In this document: one piece after another, positions 63,345-64,000 of the stretch
How positions within the stretch are numbered: position 1 is the first letter of the stretch
Layout of the letters: every line of letters begins with the position of its first letter
Source of the DNA: an uncultured Clostridia bacterium
Lineage (GTDB): Bacteria > Bacillota > Clostridia > Oscillospirales > CAG-272
NCBI GenBank assembly: GCA_947631765.1
Contig: CANRMP010000007.1
Span: 72,647 to 136,646, forward strand
DNA length: 64,000 nucleotides
Direction: 5' to 3'
Program-made: the position numbers and the translations under genes
Notes under the pieces: generated by a model
Told to the model about the DNA's origin: nothing
The model's database searches: none
The model's input: the letters and a program-made list of their open reading frames with translations, nothing else

Positions 63345-64000
63345 ATGAGAATTGTTGAAAGCAGTGTGATAAAAGAAAAGGTACGAGAGCTCTTTAAAAA
63401 GGCGAATACCCTTCTCCCGACCGATGCCGAGGAGCTTATAAAAGAAGCGGCAAAGAGGGAAGAGGACGGTTCGGTGGCGCAAAGCGTTATGGGAACCATA
63501 TGCGACAATTTGAACGCCGCGCGGGATTACGACCTTCCTATCTGTCAGGACACCGGCATGGCGGTGCTGTTTGCCGAAATAGGATGTGACGTCCATATAA
63601 ACGGAAATTTCGAGAGGGCGGTAAACGAGGGGGTAAGAGAGGCGTATCTTTTAGAAAAATTCAGATGCAGCGTAGTTTCCGAGCCGCTCTTTGAAAGAAA
63701 AAACACCGGTGACAACACTCCGGCAATAATACATATAAATATTGTCGACGGCGACAAAATAAAGCTTATTGCCGCTCCAAAGGGCTTTGGAAGCGAAAAT
63801 ATGAGCGCTCTTAAAATGTTCACTCCCTCCGCCACAAAAGAGGATATTGTAAATTTTGTGGTGTCAGCCGTAAAAAACGCGGGAAGCAATCCCTGCCCGC
63901 CGATTATGATAGGCGTCGGAATAGGAGGCACATTTGAACAATGCGCCTTGCTTGCAAAGCGCGCGCTTGCAAGAGATGTGAGTGTACGCAGTCCCCACCC
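63345..64000 (+). CDS. Fe-S type hydro-lyase alpha subunit (class I fumarate hydratase / tartrate dehydratase). Partial; it runs off the window.
   Basis: The frame is open from the ATG at 63345 to the window end. Motifs LPICQDTGMAVLF, NTPAIIHI and KGFGSENMS are present. Confidence 0.8.
   Translation, partial: MRIVESSVIKEKVRELFKKANTLLPTDAEELIKEAAKREEDGSVAQSVMGTICDNLNAARDYDLPICQDTGMAVLFAEIGCDVHINGNFERAVNEGVREAYLLEKFRCSVVSEPLFERKNTGDNTPAIIHINIVDGDKIKLIAAPKGFGSENMSALKMFTPSATKEDIVNFVVSAVKNAGSNPCPPIMIGVGIGGTFEQCALLAKRALARDVSVRSPH

Noticed and set aside
1-64000. I searched for tRNA or rRNA genes, CRISPR arrays, transposases, integrases, prophage genes and known defence-system signatures (RT, Cas, restriction-modification, toxin-antitoxin pairs).
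   Set aside because: I recognised none in any frame, and no T-loop-like GGTTCGAATCC strings were seen. The accessory-looking content consists of surface or envelope proteins rather than mobile or defence genes.

Overview
This 64-kb chromosomal window looks like it comes from a spore-forming, fermentative Firmicute (Clostridia-like). Supporting evidence is the conserved yabM/spoVB-mazG-yabO-yabP-yabQ-divIC order, adhE, cdaA-cdaR and recJ-relA-dtd-hemZ. I call about 50 protein genes and one RNase P RNA (minus strand, about 16262-16618). I also call a set of textbook TTGACA-N17-TATAAT promoters and several intrinsic terminators. I saw no tRNA, rRNA, CRISPR array, transposase, integrase or phage gene.

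Five regions are the most unusual:
- 1-7433: the cytochrome c maturation gene ccsA is followed on the same strand by two very large membrane-anchored beta-propeller proteins. Each carries two in-frame CxxCH haem c motifs, and one is fused to carbohydrate-binding-like modules. This is unexpected in an otherwise fermentative clostridial context.
- 7434-7870: a non-coding gap between convergent genes is packed with perfect hairpins. These include a roughly 139-nt four-way junction closed by a 13-bp helix, followed by a promoter-plus-terminator pair that predicts a small RNA of about 70 nt.
- 16756-23225: eight tightly packed co-directional genes end in MoxR ATPase, DUF58, a DUF4129-like membrane protein and a SprT-like Zn protease, joined by three consecutive ATGA overlaps.
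- 24.8-37.3 kb: a cell-surface cluster contains an ECF sigma factor with an anti-sigma carrying FN3-like and LRR domains, a doubly anchored CotH-like kinase, and a GC-rich lipoprotein with tandem discoidin modules.
- 42430-43512: an LRR lipoprotein is built from near-identical 69-bp units.

All functional calls come from reading the translations and recalling family signatures. No database search was possible.
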